Of a DNA stretch of 64,000 nucleotides, positions 49,125 through 58,939 are shown one piece after another (the stretch's first letter is position 1; each line of letters opens with the position of its first letter). Under the pieces are notes generated by a model. That model was given only the letters and a program-made list of their open reading frames with translations. It was not told the origin of the DNA and did not search any database. Source of the DNA: an uncultured Chloroflexia bacterium. GTDB taxonomy: Bacteria; Chloroflexota; Limnocylindria; Limnocylindrales; CSP1-4. Made by a program: the position numbers and the translations under genes. The stretch lies in NCBI GenBank assembly GCA_963789725.1, contig CAWBLU010000001.1:783790-847789 (forward strand), read 5' to 3'.

Positions 49125-50789
49125 CTATTCCATCGCTCCGGCGGGGGGTCCGCTCGGCGCGGTCTTGCCGGCCGGTGTGGCCTGGAGACCTGCCCGAGCG
49201 GCCTGGTCCGCGTGGAAGTGCGCCCGCAGCGGCTTCTCCTTGAGGGCCAGTACGGTCACAGTCGCGAGCGCGGCCGCAATGACGCCGACCCACATCGCGT
49301 CCCCCAAAGCGATCGACAGAGCCTCGTGAAGGCCCGAGACGACGAACGGGATCAGACTCGGCGGAACTCCTGCCAGAGCGTCGGCCGGTGTGGATCCTGG
49401 GGATAGGAGCCGGCCGATGTCGAACGCCGGCAGCGGGATGCTGGTCGGCGCCCCGGCCTTCACCACCTCGGTGTGGATCAGGTCCGGGGTCAGGTTGTTG
49501 CGAAGGAACGTAAAGGCGACGGTCAGGCCGAGCGTCGTGCCGATCTGGCGGATGAGCGTCAGGTCGCTCGTCGCGGTGCCGAGCCGGTGGAAGTCCACGT
49601 CGTTCTGGACGATCAGTGTGAAGATCGCCATGGTGGGGCCGACGCCGAGTCCGGCCACGACCATCCACAGCCAGAGCGTGGGGTCCGACGTCTCGGCTCT
49701 CAGGTTGGTGAAGAAGAACAACCCGACGGTCAGCAGCACCATCGCGCCGGCCAGGAGGAACTTGTATCGGCTGGTCCGGCTCACCACTTGGCCCGCCACG
49801 ATCGAGCTGAAGATCAGCCCGAACAGGAACGGGAACAGGGCATACCCAGAGGCCGTGGGGCTCAGGCCCTTGACGACCTGGAACCACAGCGGCAGGAAGA
49901 TGATCAGCGTAGAAAACCCGAAGATCGCGAAGAGAGTCGCGATCGCCGAGACCGTGAACGTCCGGTTCTTGAACAGGTCGAGCGGGATTATCGGGTCCTC
50001 GGCGCGCGTCTCGGCCACTATGAAGCCGATCGCCGAGACGAGGCCGACCGCGAACCAGGCGAGTACCGCCTGATCCACCCAGCTGCTCGTTTCGGCCAGC
50101 GTCAGGGCAATCAGCGTGGGGACGACCGCCGTCGTCAGCAGGACGACGCCTGGGACGTCCAGGGTGAAGCGCGCCCCGGCGGTGCGGACGGTCGGCAGCA
50201 GCCTACCGATCAGGTAGAGCGACACGAGACCGACCGGCACGTTGACGTAGAAGATCCAGTGCCAGCCGACGTGCTCGGTCAGGAACCCTCCGATGGCCGG
50301 ACCCACAAGGAAAGCGATGCCGAAGACGGCTCCGAAGAGGCCCTGATACTTGCCTCGCTCGGCCGGCGTGAACAGGTCGCCGATGACGGCCAGCGAGATC
50401 GGGAAGAGGGCGCCTGCGCCAAGGCCCTGAATGGCCCGGAAGGCGATGAGTTGCCACATCGTCTGGCTCAAGCCCGACAGCACCGACCCGAAAAGGAAGA
50501 CCGTGATGCCCACGACGAGCATCGGCTTGCGCCCGTAAAGGTCCGAAAGCTTGCCGTAGATCGGGATGGCGGCCGTGCTCGTCACCAGGTACGCGGTCAC
50601 GACCCAGGTGTAGAGGTCTATGCCGTTGAGGTCCTTGACGATGGTCGGCAGCACCGGGCCGACGATGGTCTGATCCAGGGCGCCCAGGAATAGGGCGAGC
50701 AGAATGGCTCCCAGGATCTCGAACCGGGCGCGTGAGTTGACCTCTATTGCGGCGTGTTCGGGCGCGCTTCCGGCGAACTCCGATGCCAT
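49125..50789 (-). CDS. MFS multidrug transporter, DHA2 (14-TM)
   Basis: ALDQTIV, GKLSDLYGRK, RAIQGLG and WIFYVNVP; AGGAGG SD. Confidence 0.93.
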   Translation of the reverse strand: MASEFAGSAPEHAAIEVNSRARFEILGAILLALFLGALDQTIVGPVLPTIVKDLNGIDLYTWVVTAYLVTSTAAIPIYGKLSDLYGRKPMLVVGITVFLFGSVLSGLSQTMWQLIAFRAIQGLGAGALFPISLAVIGDLFTPAERGKYQGLFGAVFGIAFLVGPAIGGFLTEHVGWHWIFYVNVPVGLVSLYLIGRLLPTVRTAGARFTLDVPGVVLLTTAVVPTLIALTLAETSSWVDQAVLAWFAVGLVSAIGFIVAETRAEDPIIPLDLFKNRTFTVSAIATLFAIFGFSTLIIFLPLWFQVVKGLSPTASGYALFPFLFGLIFSSIVAGQVVSRTSRYKFLLAGAMVLLTVGLFFFTNLRAETSDPTLWLWMVVAGLGVGPTMAIFTLIVQNDVDFHRLGTATSDLTLIRQIGTTLGLTVAFTFLRNNLTPDLIHTEVVKAGAPTSIPLPAFDIGRLLSPGSTPADALAGVPPSLIPFVVSGLHEALSIALGDAMWVGVIAAALATVTVLALKEKPLRAHFHADQAARAGLQATPAGKTAPSGPPAGAME

Positions 50790-51078
50790 TGAGCCTCCTT
50801 GGGTTGCTCTGCTGACTCGATCGCGGCCGACGCCCGTAGCGCGGCTAATCTCGCTCAGAGTCTGAGCGAGGCTTGTGTAGGACTGGTGAACTCCCGCCGG
50901 AAATGTGGTGAGCGCCGGCTCCCGTCAGCACTCGCCGCCCCATCGCCCGCAGGTATAGCTTCGTCTCCTGTGCGGGACGAAACAGGGACGGTATATATAC
51001 AGGAAATTGCCGATCCCCGCCAAAGGCCGGGCGTTACATCTCGCCCTCTGAGGCGGGGCCAACGGCCGCGCCTGCGCC

Positions 51079-51735
51079 TTAAGAAGGCAGCTTTCGAGCC
51101 ACGAACTCGATCAGATGGAAGTGGTGCGGTTCGCCGAGCGCGGTGGGCTTGTCGTCTTCTTCCGCGGACCAGTGCTCGATCTCGAATCCGGCCAGTGCGG
51201 CCGTGATCTCGCCCGGGGGCGGGCACGTCATCGACGCATCAGAGGCCGACTCGTCGCGATCGCCGAAGACCATCGCCGAGAACCTCGCTCCGGGCTCGAG
51301 AGAAGCCACGATTCGCCGCCAGGTTGCGTGGAAGGCATCCGGGGCGAGGAAGGGCAGGCACAGGCTGGCATTGACGAGATCGCACGGCGGTATGGCAACG
51401 GTCGCCAGATCCTCGATATGGATGCTCAGGCGCGGCCTAAGCTCGGACTCAACGGCCGCTTCGAGCGCCGTCCGCGCGGCGGGCTCCCGGTCCACCGCGA
51501 GCACTCGCCAGCCCGCCCGCAACAGCTCGCGAGCGTCGCGGCCGGCGCCACAGCCCAGATCGACGGCAAAGCGGGCCGGATGCGCGGCCGAGCCGTTACC
51601 GGAGCCCAGCCCCCCGCCCGCCCCCCGCGTGTCATCGTCACGGAACTTCTGGATGGCCAACCGGACCGTCTCCCACGCGGGCCGCTCGACGGTGACCTCG
51701 TAGTAGTCTGGCCAGTGCTCGGAATCGGCGCCCAT
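51079..51735 (-). CDS. Class I SAM-dependent methyltransferase
   Basis: VDLGCGAG, VLAVD and DLVNA. Confidence 0.88.
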   Translation of the reverse strand: MGADSEHWPDYYEVTVERPAWETVRLAIQKFRDDDTRGAGGGLGSGNGSAAHPARFAVDLGCGAGRDARELLRAGWRVLAVDREPAARTALEAAVESELRPRLSIHIEDLATVAIPPCDLVNASLCLPFLAPDAFHATWRRIVASLEPGARFSAMVFGDRDESASDASMTCPPPGEITAALAGFEIEHWSAEEDDKPTALGEPHHFHLIEFVARKLPS

Positions 51736-51794
51736 TCGCCCAGATTAGCAGGGATGAGGGAAGAGGCGGGCGCCGGGCCTCGACCGCCCGGCCT

Positions 51795-52667
51795 TCAGAC
51801 GAAGGCGGCCGCGGCATAGCCGACGGTCCGGTCCGGGTCGCCACCGGCGTCGGCGGAAGTGGCGGCGCCGAGCAGCAGACCGCGCGTGGCGCCCATCTCG
51901 GTCAGGGCCGCGAGCGTCACCCGGACCGGATCGATGCCGCACAGGCCGCACACGAGACCGCGCCGCCGCGCCGCGACGACCGACGCCTCCGCGTCTCGCA
52001 GCGTATCGGGATCCAGGCGCAGCAGAGGCTCGAGCAGTTCCGCGTCGACCTCCTCGCAGATCCGGGAGGGTGGGTAATGTGCCAGGTCCGAACTGGCAAC
52101 GAGCAGGATCCGCTCGCCGGCCGCGCGGCGACGGGCCAGGAGCCGGCCGAGTGCGGTCCCGGCCCCGGCGTGATCGGCGAGACGAGGGCTGACGGCCATG
52201 GGCACGATCGTGGCCGAGGGGCAGGCGCGGGCCAGCAGCGGCAGCTGTACCTCGATCGAATGCTCGGTCAGGTGGGCTTCGTCGTCCGCGGCGAAGGGCG
52301 GGCCGAGGGCCGCGATCTCAGCCGCCAGGTCCGCGTCGACCGGGACGCCCCCCAGCGGCGACTGCCAGGGCCCGCCCGTCCAGACCCCGACGCCGTCGGC
52401 CCAGGCCTGGTGGTCCGTGCCGGCCAGGACGATGGTGGCCGGGGCGATCTCGCCGGCAAGGGCCCAGCTCAGGGCCGCGATCGCGCCCGAGTAGGCCAGG
52501 CCGGCATGCGGCACAAGCAGTCCCGAGACGTCGGCCGGCTGCAGGTCGTCGGGCCGCTGGGTGGCAGCGGCGCCGGCCAGCAGAGTGGTTACGAGCGCCT
52601 CCAGGCGGGCCGGGTCGGCCGGGTAGAACGTGCCGGCCACCGCGGCCCGGCGGGGCTCGCCCTTCAC
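51795..52667 (-). CDS. amrB: AmmeMemoRadiSam system protein B (Memo-like)
   Basis: AVAGTFYP, PHAGLAYSG, EHSIEVQLP, ASSDLAHY, CG and VGYAA; GTG overlaps the amrS stop. Confidence 0.92.
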   Translation of the reverse strand: MKGEPRRAAVAGTFYPADPARLEALVTTLLAGAAATQRPDDLQPADVSGLLVPHAGLAYSGAIAALSWALAGEIAPATIVLAGTDHQAWADGVGVWTGGPWQSPLGGVPVDADLAAEIAALGPPFAADDEAHLTEHSIEVQLPLLARACPSATIVPMAVSPRLADHAGAGTALGRLLARRRAAGERILLVASSDLAHYPPSRICEEVDAELLEPLLRLDPDTLRDAEASVVAARRRGLVCGLCGIDPVRVTLAALTEMGATRGLLLGAATSADAGGDPDRTVGYAAAAFV

Positions 52668-53740
52668 GCCCTGGCTCCGAACTCGGCCAGCCCGACGCCC
52701 GCCAGGGGATGACCGCACTCGGAGCAGGCTCCGCCGACCAGGGCGGCGGTGGGCCTCGCGGAAAAACCGAGGCGGTGGATCAGGGTCCGGGCGCAGCCCG
52801 AGCAGCGGGTGTCTTCCTCGCCGTCGCTCAGGTTGCCCGAATAGACGTGGCTGAGTCCCGCGCCATGGCCTATGGCCACGGCCCGGGCGATCGTCTCCGC
52901 CGGCGTGGGGTCCAGGTCGATCAGGCGGTAGGTTGGGAAGAACCGGCTGACGTGCCAGGGCGTCTCGGGCCCAAGCTCGGCGGCGATCCAGCGGGCCAGG
53001 GCTTCCAGCTTGACGGGGTCGTCGTTGAGGCCGGGGATGATCAGGGTCGTGACCTCAACCCAGACACCGCGCGCTTTGAGGCCGGCTAGCGACGCCAGGA
53101 TCGGCGCCAGTCGAGCGCCGCAGACGCGCCGGTAGAAGCGATCGTCGAACGCCTTGAGGTCGACGTTCGCCGCGGCGACCAGCGGGGCCAGCAGGTCCAG
53201 CGCCTCCGGTGTCTGGTAGCCGTTGGTGACCAGGACGTTGGCCAGGCCCGCCTCCAGTGCGAGCCGCGCCGTCGCCAGGACGTACTCGATGAAGATTGTT
53301 GGCTCGGTGTAGGTGTAGGCGACGCTGCGCGCCCCGGCCGACACGGCTGATTCGACCACGCGCCCGGGCGGTAGCGAGAAGGAGCGGGCTGCCGGCCCCG
53401 CCGGTTCGACCTGAGAAATGGCCCAGTTCTGGCAATGCAAGCAGTGGAAGTTGCAGCCGGCCGTGGCAATGGAGAAGGCCACGCTGCCCGGGTATACGTG
53501 GAAGAGCGGCTTCTTCTCGATCGGGTCGGCGTTGGCGGCCACGGCCCGGCCGAACACGGTCGTGACCAGCGCGCCGCCGCGGTTCTCGCGGACGGCGCAG
53601 ATGCCGGCCCGGCCGGGGCGGATCAGGCAGCGATGGGCGCAGGCCGCACACCGGACGGCGTTGCCGGGCTCCGCCGTTGCCAGAACGGCCGGCCCGACCG
53701 TAGCTTCAGATGGATCGCTGGCAGGCGCAGTTGGTCGCAC
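52664..53740 (-). CDS. amrS: AmmeMemoRadiSam system radical SAM enzyme
   Basis: CAACAHRC, DPIEKKPLFH, GCNFHCLHCQNW, YTYTEP, ANVDLK and PWHVSRF; start GTG 53740 inferred. Confidence 0.92.
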   Translation of the reverse strand: MRPTAPASDPSEATVGPAVLATAEPGNAVRCAACAHRCLIRPGRAGICAVRENRGGALVTTVFGRAVAANADPIEKKPLFHVYPGSVAFSIATAGCNFHCLHCQNWAISQVEPAGPAARSFSLPPGRVVESAVSAGARSVAYTYTEPTIFIEYVLATARLALEAGLANVLVTNGYQTPEALDLLAPLVAAANVDLKAFDDRFYRRVCGARLAPILASLAGLKARGVWVEVTTLIIPGLNDDPVKLEALARWIAAELGPETPWHVSRFFPTYRLIDLDPTPAETIARAVAIGHGAGLSHVYSGNLSDGEEDTRCSGCARTLIHRLGFSARPTAALVGGACSECGHPLAGVGLAEFGARA

Positions 53741-53873
53741 TCGAACGGTTCCTCGTGACCCATGCTCGTCTCGAACATGGTCCCGGCAAAGGGCCGAAAG
53801 ACCCGACGTGGCCCGCCTCCGCGCGTGCCGATTGGGTGGGCCGGGTGGCGACTCGGGCCGGTCTCGATGCTCG

Positions 53874-54308
53874 CTACCAGCCCCAGATGGCGAGTTCGGT
53901 GATCTCGATCGGCACGTTGTACTGGGCGGCGAAGCCCTCGAACGTGGCGTCCCAGGCCGGGTCTTCCTCAACCCAGTCTCGATAGCGGTTCATGTATGCC
54001 TCGCACTGGAGAACCTGAGGCAGCTCGAGGGCGATTCGGCCCAGGCCGCGGATCACGTGGACCTCTTCGCCGTTCGGCGTGGAGTTGAAGTTGAGAGCGA
54101 CGTGCGAGTTGGTCCGGAGGTTCGCCAGGCGGCGGGCATCGGTCTTGGTATACACGAGAATCCGCTCCGCCCCGTCGCCGCGTTCGTACAGGAACCAGAC
54201 CGGCGCCGGCTGCGGAGATCCGCGGTCAACGGTCGTCATCCAGATGACCCGATCGTCTCGGAGCCTCGCCATGATTCGGGCGCCGAGAGGGGTCGATCCG
54301 TCGATCAT
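53874..54308 (-). CDS. PPOX-class probable F420-dependent enzyme
   Basis: VIWMTTV...PQPAPVWF, RLANLRTNSHVALN and C-terminal WGW. Confidence 0.8.
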   Translation of the reverse strand: MIDGSTPLGARIMARLRDDRVIWMTTVDRGSPQPAPVWFLYERGDGAERILVYTKTDARRLANLRTNSHVALNFNSTPNGEEVHVIRGLGRIALELPQVLQCEAYMNRYRDWVEEDPAWDATFEGFAAQYNVPIEITELAIWGW

Positions 54309-54446
54309 CTTGTCGTCTCCAATTCCAGGGCTGATTAGCGCCCATCGTAACCGGCAAGCCGACGAGTGCCATCAAAACGCGCCATTGGACTCTGGCGCCG
54401 AATCGACCGTCGCGTAGCCTCGTGACAGATATCGCCGAGGCTTTAC

Positions 54447-55037
54447 GTGAAGAACCTGGATGGATCCGATCGACGGCAGCTGCTCCTCATCGCCCGACGT
54501 GCGATCGAGGCGGCGGTCGGCCCCAAGTCCACAGTCGACGCGACTACGGGCGGGATCTCGCCGGGGATGGCCGAGCCCGCAGCCGCGTTCGTCACGATCC
54601 ACGAGCATGGCGAGTTGCGCGGCTGCATCGGGCTCTTGCGGTTTGACGTCCCTCTGTGGGAGAACGTTCGCGACGCGGCTGCGGCAGCCGCCCTGGACGA
54701 CCCGCGCTTCCTGCCGGTCGCCGAAGCGGAATTGCCGGCCCTCGAACTTGAGGTCTCCGTCCTCGATCCCCCGGTGGCGCTGCCCGATCCGGCCGGCTTC
54801 GTGGCCGGTCGCCACGGCATCGTCGTCGAACGGGGCGGGCGGCGGGCGCTGCTCCTCCCCCAGGTCGCGACCGAAATGGGCTGGAATGAAACGCAGATGC
54901 TCGAGGCAGTCTGCCGCAAAGCGAACCTGCCCCTCGATACGTGGAAGGACGCGTCGACCCGCCTGTCCATCTTCGAGTCGACCTGCTTCAGCGAAGCCGA
55001 TCTGGCGCCCGTAGCGGATCTGCCACACGCGGGCTGA
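54447..55037 (+). CDS. amrA: AmmeMemoRadiSam system protein A (AMMECR1 domain)
   Basis: AFVTI...LRGCIG, DPRF, EVSVL, GRHG, LLLPQV and KA. Confidence 0.92.
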   Translation: MKNLDGSDRRQLLLIARRAIEAAVGPKSTVDATTGGISPGMAEPAAAFVTIHEHGELRGCIGLLRFDVPLWENVRDAAAAAALDDPRFLPVAEAELPALELEVSVLDPPVALPDPAGFVAGRHGIVVERGGRRALLLPQVATEMGWNETQMLEAVCRKANLPLDTWKDASTRLSIFESTCFSEADLAPVADLPHAG

Positions 55038-55082
55038 GGTCCCTTCGCGGCCGGCGGAACCGGAGCGTCCGTCCGCGGACTC

Positions 55083-55099
55083 ATTCAGGATTGATTCAG
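55083..55099 (+). promoter_or_regulatory. ATTCAG-N5-ATTCAG direct repeat, OmpR/PhoB-type site upstream of htrA
   Basis: Perfect hexamers with an 11-bp period. Confidence 0.55.
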
Positions 55100-55169
55100 C
55101 CTCAGGCCCAAATATGAGCCTCCGTTGCACGCCGCCGGGTCAACGTCGGGCGGCCAGCAGGAGGTAGTC

Positions 55170-56282
<1,113 letters not shown>

Positions 56283-56302
56283 TCCTCGTCGCTCCAGTCA
56301 GC

Positions 56303-56333
56303 AAGAAAGGCGGCCTAGAGGCCGCCTTTCTTT
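56303..56333. terminator. Bidirectional rho-independent terminator
   Basis: aagaaaggcggcct-ag-aggccgcctttctt between the convergent htrA and histidine kinase genes. Confidence 0.85.
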
Positions 56334-57549
56334 ATCGCGTCTGCGCCAGCGGCAGATCGAAGGCGATGGTCGTACCGCCCTCGGCCGGCCGCGCGGCTTC
56401 GATCGACCCGCCGTGGACCTCGACCAGGCGACGGGCGATGGCCAGGCCGAGGCCCGTCCCGCGCGAATCCTCCGCCTTGACGAAGCGTTCGAACAGATGG
56501 GCCAGCACCTCCGGCGCGATGCCGGGACCGGCGTCGGTGACGGCGATGCGAACGGTCCCCGGGCGCGTTTCGCCGTCGATGGATACGGCGCTGTCGGGCG
56601 GAGCGAATCGAAGGGCATTGGCCAGGAGATTGCCGACGACCTCGCGGATGCGGAGTGGATCCAGGTCGATCAGCGGCAGATCCTGCGGCATGCTGATCGT
56701 GACGCGTACCCTGGCGGCCAAGGCGAGGCTCTCGAACGAGGCCGCCGCCTCCCGAACCAGGATCGTCAGGTCCGTGGGCTCCTTGTGCAGAGCGAGCGTT
56801 CCTCCCTCGGCCAGGGCCAGAGTCCGCAGATCCTCGACGAGTTTCGTCAGCATCGCGATCTGGTCCACCGCGGCCGACAGGTGAGCCTCGTCGACGGGAT
56901 GGACGCCGTCGATCATCGCCTCGAGCTCGCCGCGCAGGATGGCCAGCGGGGTGCGCAGTTCGTGGCTCACGTCCGCCAGCAGCGAGCGCCGTTGCCGCTC
57001 GTCGATCTCCAGGTGGGCGGCCATCGAGTTGAATGCCTCTGCCAGCCATCGGATCTCGCGCATGCCCCGGTTCGGCACCGCGACCCGAGCCGTATAGTCG
57101 CCGGCCTCGACCTTGCCGGCCGCCTCTACCAGATCCCCGAATGGCACGGCGAAGCGGCGCGCGCTTCGGCCGAAACTGCCCATTGCCACGAAGAGGCCGA
57201 TCAGCAGGCCAGCCGCCAGCACTCCCGAAACGGGCTCGGTGAGACCGGCGACGGACAGGAGCTGGGCCAGAACCAGGATCGGCCCCACCACCACCAGGGT
57301 GAGGATGATCGACGCGCCGATGGCAAACCGGATGAAGAAGCTGCGCCGGACCTTTCGCCACGGAAACTGCGACGTCGGCGGCCAGACCTCGTCCTCCGGC
57401 CACCATGTGGGCCGGCTCCGGCGGTTGTCCCAATGGCGATGGCGGCCGAACGGGCCACCCGGGCCGAAGGCCCCGGCCGGATCGAATTGCCGCCGGGTCC
57501 GGTGTGAGCGCCGATCGGGCCGCCGTTCCTCGGGTGTGGGCCCGCTCAC
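56332..57549 (-). CDS. HAMP-domain sensor histidine kinase (BaeS-like)
   Basis: SHELRTPL, NLLANA, DAGPG and GTGLGL; 2 TM + HAMP. Confidence 0.94.
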   Translation of the reverse strand: MSGPTPEERRPDRRSHRTRRQFDPAGAFGPGGPFGRHRHWDNRRSRPTWWPEDEVWPPTSQFPWRKVRRSFFIRFAIGASIILTLVVVGPILVLAQLLSVAGLTEPVSGVLAAGLLIGLFVAMGSFGRSARRFAVPFGDLVEAAGKVEAGDYTARVAVPNRGMREIRWLAEAFNSMAAHLEIDERQRRSLLADVSHELRTPLAILRGELEAMIDGVHPVDEAHLSAAVDQIAMLTKLVEDLRTLALAEGGTLALHKEPTDLTILVREAAASFESLALAARVRVTISMPQDLPLIDLDPLRIREVVGNLLANALRFAPPDSAVSIDGETRPGTVRIAVTDAGPGIAPEVLAHLFERFVKAEDSRGTGLGLAIARRLVEVHGGSIEAARPAEGGTTIAFDLPLAQTR

Positions 57550-58232
57550 TCGGACTCCTCGGCGAAGCGGTAGCCGACGCCGTACACGGTCAGCACGTAG
57601 CGCGGCTCGCCGGGGTCGTCCTCGAGCTTGCGGCGGAGGTTCTTGACGTGGGCGTCGATGGCACGTTCGTAGGATTCGAAGGCCAGGCCGTGGATGGCGT
57701 CGAGCAGCTGCGACCGCGTGAAGATGCGCCCGGGCTGCCGGGCCAGGGTGACCAGGAGCTGGAACTCGGTGGGGGTCAATTCGACGTTGCGACCTCCCAC
57801 ATCTACTCGCATCCGGGCCACGTCGATGGCGACACCGCCGACCTCGATGCGATCTCCCGGCTCCGTCTGGCGATCGACCCGTCGGAGGATCGCCCGGATC
57901 CGGGCAACGAGCTCGCGCGGGCTGAATGGTTTTGTGACGTAGTCGTCGGCACCTATCTCCAGGCCGAGGACTCGATCCAGCTCGTCGTCCCGGGCGGTCA
58001 GCATGATGATCGGCACCGTGGAGTCGTGGCGGATTGCACGGGCAACGTCCAGCCCATCCATGCCCGGCAGGCCCAGGTCAAGGACAAGCACGTCCGGCTT
58101 GCGGATCCGGGCGGCGGTCAGGGCGGAAGGACCGTCGACGGCCGTGATCACCGCAAAGCCGGCATGCTCCAGGTAGTCCCGGGCAAGATCCACGATGCGA
58201 GGTTCGTCGTCGACGACAAGGACTGTCTTCAC
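57546..58232 (-). CDS. OmpR/PhoB-family response regulator
   Basis: VVDDE, LDLGLP, KPF, LTPTEF and TVYGVGY. Confidence 0.95.
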   Translation of the reverse strand: MKTVLVVDDEPRIVDLARDYLEHAGFAVITAVDGPSALTAARIRKPDVLVLDLGLPGMDGLDVARAIRHDSTVPIIMLTARDDELDRVLGLEIGADDYVTKPFSPRELVARIRAILRRVDRQTEPGDRIEVGGVAIDVARMRVDVGGRNVELTPTEFQLLVTLARQPGRIFTRSQLLDAIHGLAFESYERAIDAHVKNLRRKLEDDPGEPRYVLTVYGVGYRFAEESE

Positions 58233-58322
58233 GGTGGTCCCATCGTAAGGCCCGGCTCCCGGCCGAGCGCATCGACCAGGCGAAGGCGCGAGGCCGACCG
58301 CGCGGGGCCGAAGCTCGTTTCG

Positions 58323-58784
58323 CTATCTCGGCTCGTCGGCGCCGGAGGCCCCGGGGCCGGTAGGGCTCGGGCCGGCCGACGGCGGCTGGGTGGCGTGGGC
58401 CCGGCGGTGGAACTCGTCGAAGGCGGCCTGTCCGGCCGGACCCCATTCACCCCTGTGCCATTCGCCCGGCCCGACGCCCGGACCGAACCGCCCGGCGTCG
58501 CCCTCGCCGTGCCAGTAGCCGTAGTGGCCCCAGGCGCGGCGGCGATGGCCGAAGAAGATCAGACCGATCAGCCTGAACATGACGATCAGGATGATGATCG
58601 TCACGATGAAGCCGATCACGTGGCCGGCGCCGAACGCGCCGCCGTAGGCCCACGGCGCCATGGTCGTGGTACCCGACGGCGAAGCTGCGGCGAAACCGGC
58701 GGCGTAAGCACCGGCAGAAATGAGGGCGACGACGCCCAGCAAGACGATTGCGGCCACTACTCGGAAGCCGCTTCCCTGTCGCAT
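58323..58784 (-). CDS. Small membrane protein, Gly/His-rich
   Basis: AAGGAG SD; 2 hydrophobic segments; FDEFHRRAH C-terminal motif. Confidence 0.7.
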   Translation of the reverse strand: MRQGSGFRVVAAIVLLGVVALISAGAYAAGFAAASPSGTTTMAPWAYGGAFGAGHVIGFIVTIIILIVMFRLIGLIFFGHRRRAWGHYGYWHGEGDAGRFGPGVGPGEWHRGEWGPAGQAAFDEFHRRAHATQPPSAGPSPTGPGASGADEPR

Positions 58785-58871
58785 CTTGTACTCCTTGCGA
58801 TGGCGCTCCCGAATGCTCGAACAGCCGGCTGAGAGCGACTGCCAGCCTCACGTCGAAGACTGACGCTCGCC

Positions 58872-58889
58872 TGTGAAGGAAATGTGCAC
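58872..58889 (-). promoter_or_regulatory. Imperfect 11-bp-period direct repeat (TGTGAAG/TGTGCAC on +)
   Basis: Lies upstream of the membrane protein-RR-HK unit; OmpR-type spacing. Confidence 0.4.
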
Positions 58890-58939
58890 GGGGGCCGGAG
58901 GAGTGATGACCGGCCACGGCCGGCGCTGGCAGCTCTGAC

